Below the pieces are notes generated by a model that was not told the origin of the DNA, searched no databases, and was given only the letters and a program-made list of their open reading frames with translations. Below are positions 40,594 to 51,144 of a DNA stretch of 60,824 nucleotides, piece after piece. How positions within the stretch are numbered: the stretch's first letter is position 1; each line of letters begins with the position of its first letter. Source of the stretch: Patescibacteria group bacterium (GTDB lineage: Bacteria; Patescibacteriota; Patescibacteriia; UBA10025; JAHIVO01); contig JAXDBW010000066.1 of NCBI GenBank assembly GCA_034678405.1, positions 1-60,824 of the forward strand, written 5' to 3'. Position numbers and translations under genes: made by a program.

Positions 40594-42660
40594 ATGAAAG
40601 CCACCCTCTCCACTCGGATTGCCGACCTGCCGCGCGTGGGTCCAGTTCTCACTAAACGACTCCAGAAGCTCGGACTCGAGACAGTTGCTGACCTGCTCTG
40701 GCACTACCCCTTCCGGTATCAGGATTTCAGTGTGATTTCTGATATTGTGGCTCTCCACCAGCACAGCGAGGCCACTATCACTGGACAAATTACCCTCATC
40801 GCAAATAAAAGAGCCTTTCGCCGCCGGATGTATGTCACTGAGGCGATCATTACCGATGACACCGGTAGTATCAAGGCCGTTTGGTTTAATCAGCCCTTCA
40901 TTACCAAGCTGCTGAAGCAGGGTGATACGGCATACTTCTCCGGCAAGGTAGAGATGACGAAATATGGGTTGCAATTGGTCAGCCCCACGTATGAAAAAGT
41001 AAAAAAAGAGCAGTCACATACCGCGCGGATCGTACCAGTTTATTCATTGACGGAGAAGCTGACAGAGAAACAGATTCGCTACCTGATCCGGCTGGTCTTG
41101 CCACTGGCAAAAGACATGCCGGATTGGCTCCCTGAGGACATCCGCACCGAATACAAACTGATCCCCCTCGGGCATGCGCTCCGGGAAATACACTATCCCA
41201 CAAATAAACAAACACTCGTTCAGGCCAGGACTCGCCTAAAATTTAACGAGCTACTCCTGGTGCAGCTCACGGCTGAGAGTATGCGGCAGCATATTCGTCA
41301 GCGCCCCGCCCCGGCTATACCCTTTGATGAGCAGCAAACTAGAGAATTTGTCGCCTCGCTGCCCTTTACCCTGACCGATGACCAGCGGACGGCGGCCTGG
41401 ACCATCCTGAAGGATATTGCCGAGCCACATCCGATGAATCGCCTCCTCCAGGGAGACGTCGGGTCGGGTAAGACAGTCGTCGCGACCATCGCCATGCTCA
41501 ATGCTATCTCCCGGGGCTACCAGGCAGCGCTCATGGCACCGACAGAAATTCTCGCTCTGCAGCACTACCAGACAATCACCCAGATGCTGCGCCGTGATGA
41601 ACGTATCGCCCTCATAACCCGTTCGCAGAAACTACTCAACGACACGCCCGTCTCATCAAAAGTGATCACTGAGGCGATAGAACGACACGATGTCGATATC
41701 ATTATCGGTACCCACTCACTCATACAGTCCTCGGTCACCTTTAGCTCCATCGGCCTCGTCGTCATAGATGAACAGCACCGTTTCGGCGTCGACCAGCGTA
41801 AACAGCTAAAATACCAGGCACGCGACACGACTCAGGTGCCACATCTGCTCTCTATGACGGCAACCCCGATTCCCCGCTCCCTCGCCCTGACCGTCTATGG
41901 TGATCTCGATGTCTCGACGATCGCTGAGCTACCCAAAGGGCGAAAGAAAATAATTACTAAAATCGTCCCCCCTGAGAAACGGGAAGCAGCGTATGGCTTC
42001 CTCCGCAAAGAGATACAGAGTGGCCGACAGGTATTTGTCATCTGCCCACTGATCGACGAGTCAGATAAACTGGGGGTGAAGGCCGCCACGGCAGAATACG
42101 AGCGGCTGCAGCGGCATATCTTCCCTGATCTGCACGTCGGGCTACTGCATGGTAAGCTCAAAGCAGCGGATAAAGAAACAGCCATGCGTGATTTCCAGGA
42201 GAAAAAAACTGACATCCTGGTCGCCACCGCCGTAGTAGAAGTGGGCATCGACATCCCAAATGCCTCGGTCATGATGATTGAGGGCGCTGAGCGATTTGGC
42301 CTGGCGCAGCTGCACCAATTCCGCGGACGAGTCGGTCGAGCCGAACATCAGTCATACTGCCTAGTCTTCACTGACTCGGACAGCGACAAGACGCTCGAGC
42401 GACTCACTGCCCTCGTCGAAGCGAAAAATGGATTTGAGCTCGCCGAAAAAGACCTCGAATTCCGTGGGCCCGGTGACCTCTACGGCATCCGCCAGTCCGG
42501 CTTCCCTGAGCTGAAGATCGCCACCCTGGCTGACACTCAGATCATCCAGCACACACGCAGCGTGGCAAAACGTATCATCGCTGATGATCCAAAACTAAAA
42601 CAGTTCCCGCAGGTGCGAGAACGGCTAGAGCGGTTTGCTGAGCAGATTCACCCGGAGTAG
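40594..42660 (+). CDS. recG: ATP-dependent DNA helicase RecG
   Basis: MNRLLQGDVGSGKT, DEQHRFGV, MTATPIPRSL, QLHQFRGRVGR, DLEFRGPG. Confidence 0.97.
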   Translation: MKATLSTRIADLPRVGPVLTKRLQKLGLETVADLLWHYPFRYQDFSVISDIVALHQHSEATITGQITLIANKRAFRRRMYVTEAIITDDTGSIKAVWFNQPFITKLLKQGDTAYFSGKVEMTKYGLQLVSPTYEKVKKEQSHTARIVPVYSLTEKLTEKQIRYLIRLVLPLAKDMPDWLPEDIRTEYKLIPLGHALREIHYPTNKQTLVQARTRLKFNELLLVQLTAESMRQHIRQRPAPAIPFDEQQTREFVASLPFTLTDDQRTAAWTILKDIAEPHPMNRLLQGDVGSGKTVVATIAMLNAISRGYQAALMAPTEILALQHYQTITQMLRRDERIALITRSQKLLNDTPVSSKVITEAIERHDVDIIIGTHSLIQSSVTFSSIGLVVIDEQHRFGVDQRKQLKYQARDTTQVPHLLSMTATPIPRSLALTVYGDLDVSTIAELPKGRKKIITKIVPPEKREAAYGFLRKEIQSGRQVFVICPLIDESDKLGVKAATAEYERLQRHIFPDLHVGLLHGKLKAADKETAMRDFQEKKTDILVATAVVEVGIDIPNASVMMIEGAERFGLAQLHQFRGRVGRAEHQSYCLVFTDSDSDKTLERLTALVEAKNGFELAEKDLEFRGPGDLYGIRQSGFPELKIATLADTQIIQHTRSVAKRIIADDPKLKQFPQVRERLERFAEQIHPE

Positions 42661-44016
42661 CTAGACCGACTCACGCAGGATATCACCGAGAGTGCCACTA
42701 TGAATGATAGCGAGATTTTTTGGCGACTCAAGGAGCTTCATCTGCGGCATGATCACCTGGGTAAATCCCATTTTCTTCACCTCTTCGAGCCGCTTCTCGA
42801 CATTACTCACTGAGCGTAATTCACCACCAAGGCCCACCTCACCGAAGACAACCATGTCACTCGCGAGGGGCTTGTTTTTCATGGCTGAGGCGATGGCGAG
42901 ACACACGGCGAGATCAACTGCCGGCTCATTGACCCGGAAACCTCCGGCAACATTGATATGGACGTCTTGATTACCCAGGAAAAGCCCGGCTTTCTTGATG
43001 AGTACGGCGATCAAGACCTGCAGGCGATTCAGGCTAAACCCGACGGCTCGGCGCTGCGGATACCCGAAGTTTGAGCGTGTCACCAGTGCCTGCACCTCCA
43101 CCATAAATGCCCGCGACCCCTCGACGACGACGGTGACGACTGATCCGGGCTGACTGCTCTTGCGCTCGGAGAGGAATATCTCCGAGGGGTTTTTCACTTC
43201 CTGGAGGCCACTCTGGCGCATATCAAAGACGCCCACTTCATTCGTCGAGCCAAAGCGGTTTTTCACAGCGCGGAGGATGCGGAAGGCATGATGCTGATCC
43301 CCCTCGAGATAGAGGACCACGTCCACGAGGTGCTCCAGTGATCGCGGGCCAGCCACCGAGCCCTCTTTCGTCACGTGTCCAATGACGACAATCGGCACAT
43401 TCAGCTCTTTCGCTAAGGCAACTAATTGGCCAGTAGCTGTGCGTACCTGACTGACACTGCCGGGGTCGCCATCCACTTCACTCGAGTGGATGGTCTGGAT
43501 AGAGTCAAGCACCACGAAATCGGGCCGATGCTCTCGGACAGTACTGGCGATCACATCGATGTCCGTCTCCCCGAGGAATTTCAGATTCGCTGCTTTCAGA
43601 CCCAGCCGTTCAAATCGCCCCTTCACCTGACTGCCGGATTCCTCCCCGGAAATATACAGTACCTCTTTACCACTCTCAGCCAGCTGACCACCGATTTGTA
43701 ATATCAACGTCGATTTCCCAATGCCGGGATCACCGCCGAGGAGAATCAACCCGCCAGGGACGATACCGCCACCGAGCACCCGGTCAAACTCGCCCATAGT
43801 GCTGGGAAGTCGAGCCAGCTGCTCATCCGACATATCGGCCAGGGACTGCACTTGCCCGGCTGGTGCGCCAACCTTCTCACTGCCTTTTTTCTTCTTTACT
43901 ACCTGCGCTTTCTCGAGCGTGCCCCACTGCCCACACTCAGGACAGCGACCCAGCCATTTGGGTGACTGGGCATCGCAATTCGAACAGGTGTAGACAGTCT
44001 GTATCTTTGCAGTCAT
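42661..44016 (-). CDS. radA: DNA repair protein RadA/Sms
   Basis: CxxC..CxxC finger, GGDPGIGKST, KNRFG, Lon-like C-terminus. Confidence 0.97.
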   Translation of the reverse strand: MTAKIQTVYTCSNCDAQSPKWLGRCPECGQWGTLEKAQVVKKKKGSEKVGAPAGQVQSLADMSDEQLARLPSTMGEFDRVLGGGIVPGGLILLGGDPGIGKSTLILQIGGQLAESGKEVLYISGEESGSQVKGRFERLGLKAANLKFLGETDIDVIASTVREHRPDFVVLDSIQTIHSSEVDGDPGSVSQVRTATGQLVALAKELNVPIVVIGHVTKEGSVAGPRSLEHLVDVVLYLEGDQHHAFRILRAVKNRFGSTNEVGVFDMRQSGLQEVKNPSEIFLSERKSSQPGSVVTVVVEGSRAFMVEVQALVTRSNFGYPQRRAVGFSLNRLQVLIAVLIKKAGLFLGNQDVHINVAGGFRVNEPAVDLAVCLAIASAMKNKPLASDMVVFGEVGLGGELRSVSNVEKRLEEVKKMGFTQVIMPQMKLLESPKNLAIIHSGTLGDILRESV

Positions 44017-44022
44017 AGTGCT

Positions 44023-45429
44023 TTAGTTACCACCGGTGGCGAGCTCGGCACAGGTCGGCGTACTTATATCCCAGTCGTATTTCGTTTCAGCCGAGCTGGC
44101 GTTAGAAGCAATGATATTTTCATATGCGGTGCGGACCTTCGTGACATACGCACGCGTCTCGGCATATCCCGAGTTTTGCTCGCACTCCCACCACGTCTGT
44201 CCCGGACAGGTGAGGCTCGAGCAGTTAGCCCCGAGACCGCCGTTATACGCAGCATTGGCATAATCATGATCGCCATCCTTGCACTTGGTTTCCTCGGGGT
44301 TACACTCAACCGTCTGACCACTTTTATATCGCGCACGATCGGGACACGTATTATAGAGTAAATCTCGATAGTGCTGACCCGCGATACTGAGATTAAGCGC
44401 TGGATTGAGGAGCTCAGTACCACTGACGCCGGGTTTGTATTTCTGGGCGGTCGAGGGTAATAGCTGTACGAGACCATATGCCCCTGCGTTTGATTTAGCC
44501 TTCGGATTGCCGTTTGATTCGACGAGCATGAGCGCCTTCAGCCAGGTACGATCGATGCCATTTGCTGCCGCCACCTCAGTAATACAATTATCAAATTGAT
44601 TGACATTGGTCGAGACTACGTATCCACCGGCTTTCTCCGTCCCCGTAGCCAGCTCGAGACTGCGTAGCGGCTGAATATGCTCCAGCTTAAACCCATCAAA
44701 CTGTACCAAAGTGGGATTGATAGTTAATAAAATGGTATACGACGCAACAGCGATACCAAGGCCGACGAGGGCTGAGGTAATAGTTTCTTTCGCCCCCTGT
44801 ATCTGAGACGGATTGCCGGTGGAGATGACATACCGGATACCCCCATACATGATGAAGACGGTTGAGAGGATGCCGGCTACCCCAACGAAAAATACATAGA
44901 TGGCTGCGATGTACTCACCCATAGTTTTGCCGGTGACGATGACAGGCACGCCTTTGTTAAATATGGAAGAGCCGGGGATGGTGAGTGAGGGGATAAATTT
45001 AACGAGTACCGGATCGGTGCTAGTATCCGGAAAGTCTATCCCTTCGCCACGCCAGATGCGGCATTGTTCAATTTCGGTACAGGCAGTGAAGTCACCATGG
45101 CACTCCCCTTGATTGCATGCCCGTGCCTGTTCGACATATTGAATCGGATTACAAGTACCGCGATCCTGCCCCCCCGATGGGTTGCAGACGCAGCATTTAT
45201 AGTCAGGGGCCGGTTGGGTAGGATTTTGACATGAGCCAATATCTGCACAATTCCGCGAATTATAGATATAGTATGTGCCTCCGCTACTACCAGCCAAACA
45301 GTCATTTGGCTGAGTAGCATCAAAACAGTATGTCGCGCTGGTACAGCATCCGGCTAACGCCGTTCGGGGGACCAAAAATATACCCCCTAAAATTACCACG
45401 ATGCTCAGTACTAGAAACCAGCGTCGCAT
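44023..45429 (-). CDS. VirB2/TrbC-like pilin fused to a lytic transglycosylase (SLT) domain
   Basis: Signal peptide, Cys-rich region, pilin core (GVAGILS...YGGIRY..S.GNP....AK..I..AL.G...INP), then ES / GLVQL / AAYNGG SLT motifs. Confidence 0.82.
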   Translation of the reverse strand: MRRWFLVLSIVVILGGIFLVPRTALAGCCTSATYCFDATQPNDCLAGSSGGTYYIYNSRNCADIGSCQNPTQPAPDYKCCVCNPSGGQDRGTCNPIQYVEQARACNQGECHGDFTACTEIEQCRIWRGEGIDFPDTSTDPVLVKFIPSLTIPGSSIFNKGVPVIVTGKTMGEYIAAIYVFFVGVAGILSTVFIMYGGIRYVISTGNPSQIQGAKETITSALVGLGIAVASYTILLTINPTLVQFDGFKLEHIQPLRSLELATGTEKAGGYVVSTNVNQFDNCITEVAAANGIDRTWLKALMLVESNGNPKAKSNAGAYGLVQLLPSTAQKYKPGVSGTELLNPALNLSIAGQHYRDLLYNTCPDRARYKSGQTVECNPEETKCKDGDHDYANAAYNGGLGANCSSLTCPGQTWWECEQNSGYAETRAYVTKVRTAYENIIASNASSAETKYDWDISTPTCAELATGGN

Positions 45430-45441
45430 AGTGACTATCTC

Positions 45442-46707
45442 CTAGCGTAATCTAAAACTAAAAATATTGCCCGTATTAGCATCAGTGAAATACAATACCT
45501 GATCCGTCCCTGAGACGACGAGGTTGGTAGCAGTATAGTCACTGTCGCCTGTCGTCAGCGTCGGTATAGCAATCGGGGTTCTCTGACCTGTTTGGAGATC
45601 AATTTTATAGAATGTATCGTTTGTATCAACTGCTGCTTCAGGTACGATTCCCGATCCGTCGGGGAGAAACCGCGGGACAGCGCAGTATGCAGCTGACTCC
45701 GTATGAGCAAATGTACATTTTGAGGACCACGTTTGCAGGCCAAGGTTGATCGTGTTTGCCCCGACATTGTCACCAGTCGCATCGACGAGATACAGCACTG
45801 GATTAAACCGCGTATCGGAACTATACACACTGTAGAGTAATTGCGAACCGCTGGGGGACCAGGTACCCTCAAATCCGCGGCCAGTGGTCGTGATAGATTT
45901 AAAATTCTCTCCCTGGGTGCCGATGAGGATTATTTGCTGCGCGGTTCCATTGAGCGCCTCACGATAGGTAGCGAGGACTTGACCAGTCGGCGACCAGTTG
46001 ACATCTACATTATTTGCCTGATCACCGAGCGGTTCGATGGCGCGCACTTCTGATCCGTCATCAGCTGACACGGCGAGCCAGCGTTCACTCTCGACATCTG
46101 AATCATTTTTAAATCCGAGGGCATCTCCTCCCGGCGAAAAAGTAATATCATTCCATGAGCTCGGCAATGATATTTGATCTTCGCGATCAAAATCATAAAT
46201 AATATTCCGTCCATCAGGAAAAGTAATAATCGCCCGATTATCGGCTGGGGACCAGGATATCGATTCCGCTTGAGGAAATATGTTATCCGATAATAATACC
46301 CGGTTGCCGAGCGCATCCAGTAAGTAAAACTGGCCAGTGTCCCTATCGTAGTACCGGAGACTATTACCATCGGGAGTTGCGGTAAAACCCTGGGCATTCG
46401 CAAATTCCACAACCGAGGTTCGCGTCTCTCCGCCATCCGCTATTTGGCTTGGGCCGATGTTGACATTGCCGACGATCCTCGTATTGACGAGACTATTTGC
46501 ATTGCTGATAGTATTGGTAGGGACACCATTGACGATGTTGGTATTGGGCAGAGTAGTATTTGTCGGCAGATTGCCGGACTGGTTGGTATTATCATTAGTG
46601 TTTGTCGGCTGAACGATATCCCGCAAGAATACAAAATAAATGAGCGCCCCAAAGGCGATCACCAGGAGGATAAATACGATAATAAGTAATATTCGTCGTG
46701 ATTTCAT
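45442..46707 (-). CDS. Membrane-anchored TolB-like beta-propeller protein
   Basis: TM, Asn/Thr linker, repeated W/FSPxG motifs, CAVP; start set at MKSRRILL. Confidence 0.75.
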   Translation of the reverse strand: MKSRRILLIIVFILLVIAFGALIYFVFLRDIVQPTNTNDNTNQSGNLPTNTTLPNTNIVNGVPTNTISNANSLVNTRIVGNVNIGPSQIADGGETRTSVVEFANAQGFTATPDGNSLRYYDRDTGQFYLLDALGNRVLLSDNIFPQAESISWSPADNRAIITFPDGRNIIYDFDREDQISLPSSWNDITFSPGGDALGFKNDSDVESERWLAVSADDGSEVRAIEPLGDQANNVDVNWSPTGQVLATYREALNGTAQQIILIGTQGENFKSITTTGRGFEGTWSPSGSQLLYSVYSSDTRFNPVLYLVDATGDNVGANTINLGLQTWSSKCTFAHTESAAYCAVPRFLPDGSGIVPEAAVDTNDTFYKIDLQTGQRTPIAIPTLTTGDSDYTATNLVVSGTDQVLYFTDANTGNIFSFRLR

Positions 46708-46733
46708 ATTACCCTTTTTAAGTAAATTACAAA

Positions 46734-47798
46734 TTACTGAGCTGAGAGCGGTCGACACTCTACGCCAAATTTCGAATATCCCGATGCAATGCCCTCGTCG
46801 TGCATGATAACTGGCGGGATGGAATACCCGACACATTGTTCATTGTCATCACAATCGGTACCAAAGAGGTAGTCAGCATCATTGCCCCATCCTGTATTAG
46901 GAGTAAAAAGTGTTTCCTCACATCCTTCATTAAACAACGCAAAATCAAAGGCTCCACCACTGAAAAAATCATTATCAGGATGGATCATCAACCTGTACTT
47001 TTCTGCGCTTGGATTATCCTCTTCGGTATCTTCGACTCCTTCGAGCACTGAAAAAGAATTAAAACATCTCCCCTGAGTATAAATTGGCTCGGGCAGAGTA
47101 CCATATCCACCATCTGGATCTTCCCTCGGATCATAAAATCCTTGTCCTGAAAGCGCACACAGCGCATGATCTTCCGGGCAATAATAACCCATACAGTAAA
47201 ACTGTTCCGCCTCGGGATCATCGGACGCCTCACTGATTAGTTGCTTCTGACCGCAGTGGACAGGGCTCCCACCCGGCGTACGATCTGTTGTTTTACTGAA
47301 ATCACAGAGCCTGACAATTTCTCCACTCTTGGCAGCTGGTATAGGATCGGCGCTGATAGCATCGAAGCGCGTCAAATTTGGATTAATAAAATACAAGATC
47401 GAGTATGACCCAACAGCGAGCACTAGCCCCACGAGTGCGCTGGCGATCGTATCCTTCGCCCCCTGGATCTGTGAGGGGTTGCCGAGGGAGATGACATAGC
47501 GGATACCGCCATACATGACGAAGACAGTCGAGAGGATGCCAGCGACACCGATAAAATAGCGATACACACCAACAATATAACATCCAAGATTTTTGATGTA
47601 GTGCGCATCACCCTGATCTATCGTCACGCCGGGGATTTCGAGCTGTAATTTGATAGCTTTATTAAAATCGGTAATATAGCATGGGTCGTTGGCGGCAGTA
47701 TTTGCCGCTTGCGCCATGACCACGCTCGGTACCAATATTAATCCAATCGCCAGAATGGCGATCATGCGCTTCCCTATGGTCGAGGTGAACACGGTCAT
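46734..47798 (-). CDS. VirB2/TrbC-like pilin with a Cys-rich C-terminal domain
   Basis: Same pilin core as 44023-45429 with a different C-terminal domain; exact start uncertain. Confidence 0.75.
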   Translation of the reverse strand: MTVFTSTIGKRMIAILAIGLILVPSVVMAQAANTAANDPCYITDFNKAIKLQLEIPGVTIDQGDAHYIKNLGCYIVGVYRYFIGVAGILSTVFVMYGGIRYVISLGNPSQIQGAKDTIASALVGLVLAVGSYSILYFINPNLTRFDAISADPIPAAKSGEIVRLCDFSKTTDRTPGGSPVHCGQKQLISEASDDPEAEQFYCMGYYCPEDHALCALSGQGFYDPREDPDGGYGTLPEPIYTQGRCFNSFSVLEGVEDTEEDNPSAEKYRLMIHPDNDFFSGGAFDFALFNEGCEETLFTPNTGWGNDADYLFGTDCDDNEQCVGYSIPPVIMHDEGIASGYSKFGVECRPLSAQ

Positions 47799-47846
47799 GT
47801 GTTAACGTTTATATAAGATATGAGTTACCATCAGAGATGTTCGCCA

Positions 47847-48521
47847 CTACTGCATGAAATCATCGGCCGTAACGTCACTATCCGGAGGGGTATCATCTCC
47901 CTGCCCAGCTAACTCAGTCGGGGTCCATGCTGCGGATGCCACTTTCCAGATGTCTCCGTCTTTGACCAGATTCATGAGGAGATCCTCATAGTAGACATCA
48001 TTCTCCGCAAAAGCGTCACCCGATTTGGTCCGCTGAGTGGTTACTCGGATTGTGCCGCTGGCCTCCGCGAGTGACTGGATATCGGTCGATAGCACCTTTG
48101 TCACGATCTCGGTATAGCTGCCGGCTGTACTAGTCCCCTGGCTCGCCACAAACGCGTCCGCGCTCCTTTGCATTTGCTGAGTCATATATGGTTTGAGGTT
48201 TTGAATATTCGCAAAGTTTGATGCTGAAGTATAACTGCCGTACCGCTCAGCAAAGAATTGGGCGAGCTGGACAGGCTCGAGCGGTGCAGCCACGTCTGGT
48301 TCGTTGGATGGAGTCGTTGACTCATTGGTAGCCACCGTACTATTAACGATCTCGACATTTGTCGTGGTTGACTGATTGGTGACCGCGACGTCATCAGCGG
48401 GAGTCCGATTGATGAACCAAAATACAACGCCGAGGATGACCAAAATAATAATCGCCAGCCCAATCGCCACATATCGCTGACGAAGCATGCTTTCTTGGGG
48501 GCGAGGTGGTTTCTGAGCCAT
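47847..48521 (-). CDS. Bitopic protein, VirB8/TcpC-like
   Basis: TM, Thr-rich linker, FFAERYGSY...WKV NTF2-like pattern; T4SS-like context. Confidence 0.55.
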   Translation of the reverse strand: MAQKPPRPQESMLRQRYVAIGLAIIILVILGVVFWFINRTPADDVAVTNQSTTTNVEIVNSTVATNESTTPSNEPDVAAPLEPVQLAQFFAERYGSYTSASNFANIQNLKPYMTQQMQRSADAFVASQGTSTAGSYTEIVTKVLSTDIQSLAEASGTIRVTTQRTKSGDAFAENDVYYEDLLMNLVKDGDIWKVASAAWTPTELAGQGDDTPPDSDVTADDFMQ

Positions 48522-48563
48522 AAAGGAAAAGGTTAGTGATTTTTAAAAACCGTACGCTATACC

Positions 48564-50453
48564 TTAGCGCGCTGCCTCGGTCTGTTCCTGGACAAACTCC
48601 TTTTTCGCCTGTTCAATTTCGAGGAGTTGTCGGGGATCTGAGGTGATGATTTGATCCTCGGTGTATGAAGCGACGACTTTTATAGCGGCGTGTTTTGAAC
48701 CGGCGAAGAAGATGCCTTCACCAACACCACACTCAAGGAGAAGGTATTTCTCCCCCTCTGTCAGGAGGAATGTCTTTGCTACGAGGTCAATGGCGGCCGG
48801 GGACTGCTTCATCAATAGTTGGATTGAGGAGTTTGTGACAATAGCCTGGCCATACGGGGAGCGGAGGAAATCATTGACATCCTGAGTGATGGTCGTCACA
48901 CCGAGATAGTATTTACGACAGCGCTTCACGAGAGCGAAGATAAATTTGGCTGAGTCCTCCTGCTGCATGAGCCACCAGGCCTCATCAATCACCATGATAC
49001 GTTTCTTCAGCTGAGAGCGGACGGTATTCCAAATATATGACACGATGAGTTGGATACCAATCGGTTTGAGTTCATCCTCGAGATCACGGACCGAAAACAC
49101 CACCAGTTGATTTTTCATTTCCACATTGGTTGGACTATTGAGCAGCCCGGCAAACGTACCTTCGGTATACTTTTTCAGCCGGGTGACAAGTTCGTCGGCC
49201 CCCACCATACCCTCGAGCACTTCTTGGAAATCCTGGAAGAGGGGTGGCTCAGCGGTCGTCAGATCCGTATCCCCCGTGATGTCCTTCTTCGCGTAGGTTT
49301 CGATCAGCGCACGATCAATGATTGAGTCCTCCTCATGGGTGAATTGACCAAGCATCAGACGGAGGAGACCCTTCAGGGTGATGACTGCTGAGCGAATGAT
49401 ATCCGACGCTTTTTCGTCGCGTCGTGTCGGGCGGGGCAGATCAAATGGATTGATTTTGCTCTCAGAACTCAGCGAAATATTGATATAGGTACCACCGACC
49501 GCATCTGAGAGATATTTGTATTCCATTTCTGGATCAATAACGATGACATCCGTACCGAGCATCATACTCCGGAGAATTTCTAGTTTGACCGCATAGCTTT
49601 TGCCGGCACCAGAGGTAGCGAAGACGACTGAGTTCGCATTTTGCAGAGAGAATCGATCAAAGAGAATCAGGCTGTTATTGTGCCGATTGATGCCATAGAG
49701 AATGCCGTTATCACTGGTCAACTCGGAGGAGATAAATGGGAAGGATGAGGCCACTGGCGAGCTCGCCATGTTAAAGGTGATATTCAATTCATCGGTCGAG
49801 AGGGGGAGCGTCGACATAAACCCTTGCTCCGCTTGATAGAGAACCCGCTTCGTATAGACCAGCCGGGACCCGAAGAGCGATTCGACCTTCTCAGTGATCT
49901 TATCCAGCTCATCTTTTTCCTCGTCGTAGATCGTGACATACAGAGCAAACTGGAAGAAATGCTCAATCCCTTGCGTCAGATCATCACGGAGTTTCTCGAT
50001 GTCTCGCAGGGCCGTCTCCCGGATCGGGTCACGGGGAGCGCCCTTCTCTGCGTCAGCGAGGATCTGTGCTTCGAGCGCACCTACTTTATTACGGAGTTGC
50101 TTCAGGATGATTTCGGAATTCACTGGGTAGAAAAACATCGAGATATCCAACGGAACATTGAGATTGATGACTGGCGCAAACCAGCCAACCCGGATATACC
50201 GCGGATAGGCCACGACGAAAATCGTCCGGACGAACCGGGACCCCAGCTCGAGATACCGCGACTCGATTTTCATGGACGCCGGCGCGATCAAATCTCGCAC
50301 CGTGGTGATACCACGCCGATATACCTTTTCTGACTCGAGAAGCGCTTTCTTTTCTTCTATTTGCTCGCGTGCCAGCTGCTCTTTTTGCTGCTGGGTGAGC
50401 TCAGGCTCTCGCTCAGTCGGGATGGATTGGGTTGATCGATAGAGTTCAACCAT
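48564..50453 (-). CDS. VirB4-like ATPase
   Basis: Walker A ATSGAGKS, VIDPEMEY, INPFD, Walker B IDEAW, RKY..G...ITQ. Confidence 0.9.
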   Translation of the reverse strand: MVELYRSTQSIPTEREPELTQQQKEQLAREQIEEKKALLESEKVYRRGITTVRDLIAPASMKIESRYLELGSRFVRTIFVVAYPRYIRVGWFAPVINLNVPLDISMFFYPVNSEIILKQLRNKVGALEAQILADAEKGAPRDPIRETALRDIEKLRDDLTQGIEHFFQFALYVTIYDEEKDELDKITEKVESLFGSRLVYTKRVLYQAEQGFMSTLPLSTDELNITFNMASSPVASSFPFISSELTSDNGILYGINRHNNSLILFDRFSLQNANSVVFATSGAGKSYAVKLEILRSMMLGTDVIVIDPEMEYKYLSDAVGGTYINISLSSESKINPFDLPRPTRRDEKASDIIRSAVITLKGLLRLMLGQFTHEEDSIIDRALIETYAKKDITGDTDLTTAEPPLFQDFQEVLEGMVGADELVTRLKKYTEGTFAGLLNSPTNVEMKNQLVVFSVRDLEDELKPIGIQLIVSYIWNTVRSQLKKRIMVIDEAWWLMQQEDSAKFIFALVKRCRKYYLGVTTITQDVNDFLRSPYGQAIVTNSSIQLLMKQSPAAIDLVAKTFLLTEGEKYLLLECGVGEGIFFAGSKHAAIKVVASYTEDQIITSDPRQLLEIEQAKKEFVQEQTEAAR

Positions 50454-50455
50454 AG

Positions 50456-51136
50456 TTATTCGACATTCAGTTTACTGACGTCGACCAGCTTCTGCTGATC
50501 ATACGTATCAGGATTGTATGTGTTATAGTAGAGTTCGATGAGACTCTGCGTATCGAGCTGGACGGCCTTGAGGCCGATAGAGCTCAAGCCATCAATAATA
50601 AATTCAATGCGCTTGGCCATTTCGATTCGGTGTTCCTCAAATTTCTTCTGCTTGATAGTGATCACGTTCGTCGGTGAGAGGACTTCCTTCAGCCGCGAGA
50701 AAAACCCCTTGGCTTTGATCGTGCCGCTGGCATAGGGCACGACGATGTAGAATCGTTTGCTCATGATGTCAGCGAGCGAGACGAGTTCCTGGATGTACTG
50801 CCGATACTCACGCGTTTGGACTTTTAGGAGCTCGTTGGTCTGTTCTTTCTCTACCGTTTTTAATCGCTCGAGGTATTCATCAATATTCAGTTTGCGAGAT
50901 TGGATTAATATTTGGAGAGGAAACTCGATGGAATTCAGAAATTGTACATACCCCTGGATGACGGCATTTTGTTCGTCTTCTGATTTGAGAGCGAAATTAA
51001 TCGATGATACCAGTACGACCGAACGAAGCGTGCCATCTTTCAGGATGACGGTATTATCCTTGATCTCCAGGATATTCATGTATTGCTGTGTCGACTGAAC
51101 GGCGGTGGTTTGTTTGTTGATCTTTTCCTCAGCCAT
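50456..51136 (-). CDS. TraC/VirB4 N-terminal-like protein
   Basis: SINFALKSEDEQ, FLNSIEFPLQI, KRFYIVVP; lies between PrgI and VirB4. Confidence 0.75.
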   Translation of the reverse strand: MAEEKINKQTTAVQSTQQYMNILEIKDNTVILKDGTLRSVVLVSSINFALKSEDEQNAVIQGYVQFLNSIEFPLQILIQSRKLNIDEYLERLKTVEKEQTNELLKVQTREYRQYIQELVSLADIMSKRFYIVVPYASGTIKAKGFFSRLKEVLSPTNVITIKQKKFEEHRIEMAKRIEFIIDGLSSIGLKAVQLDTQSLIELYYNTYNPDTYDQQKLVDVSKLNVE

Positions 51137-51144
51137 AGATGAAA

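Noticed and set aside
44760-47560. Diversity-generating retroelement TR/VR pair
   Set aside because: Differences are mostly synonymous rather than adenine-specific, both copies are inside genes, and no reverse transcriptase is present.
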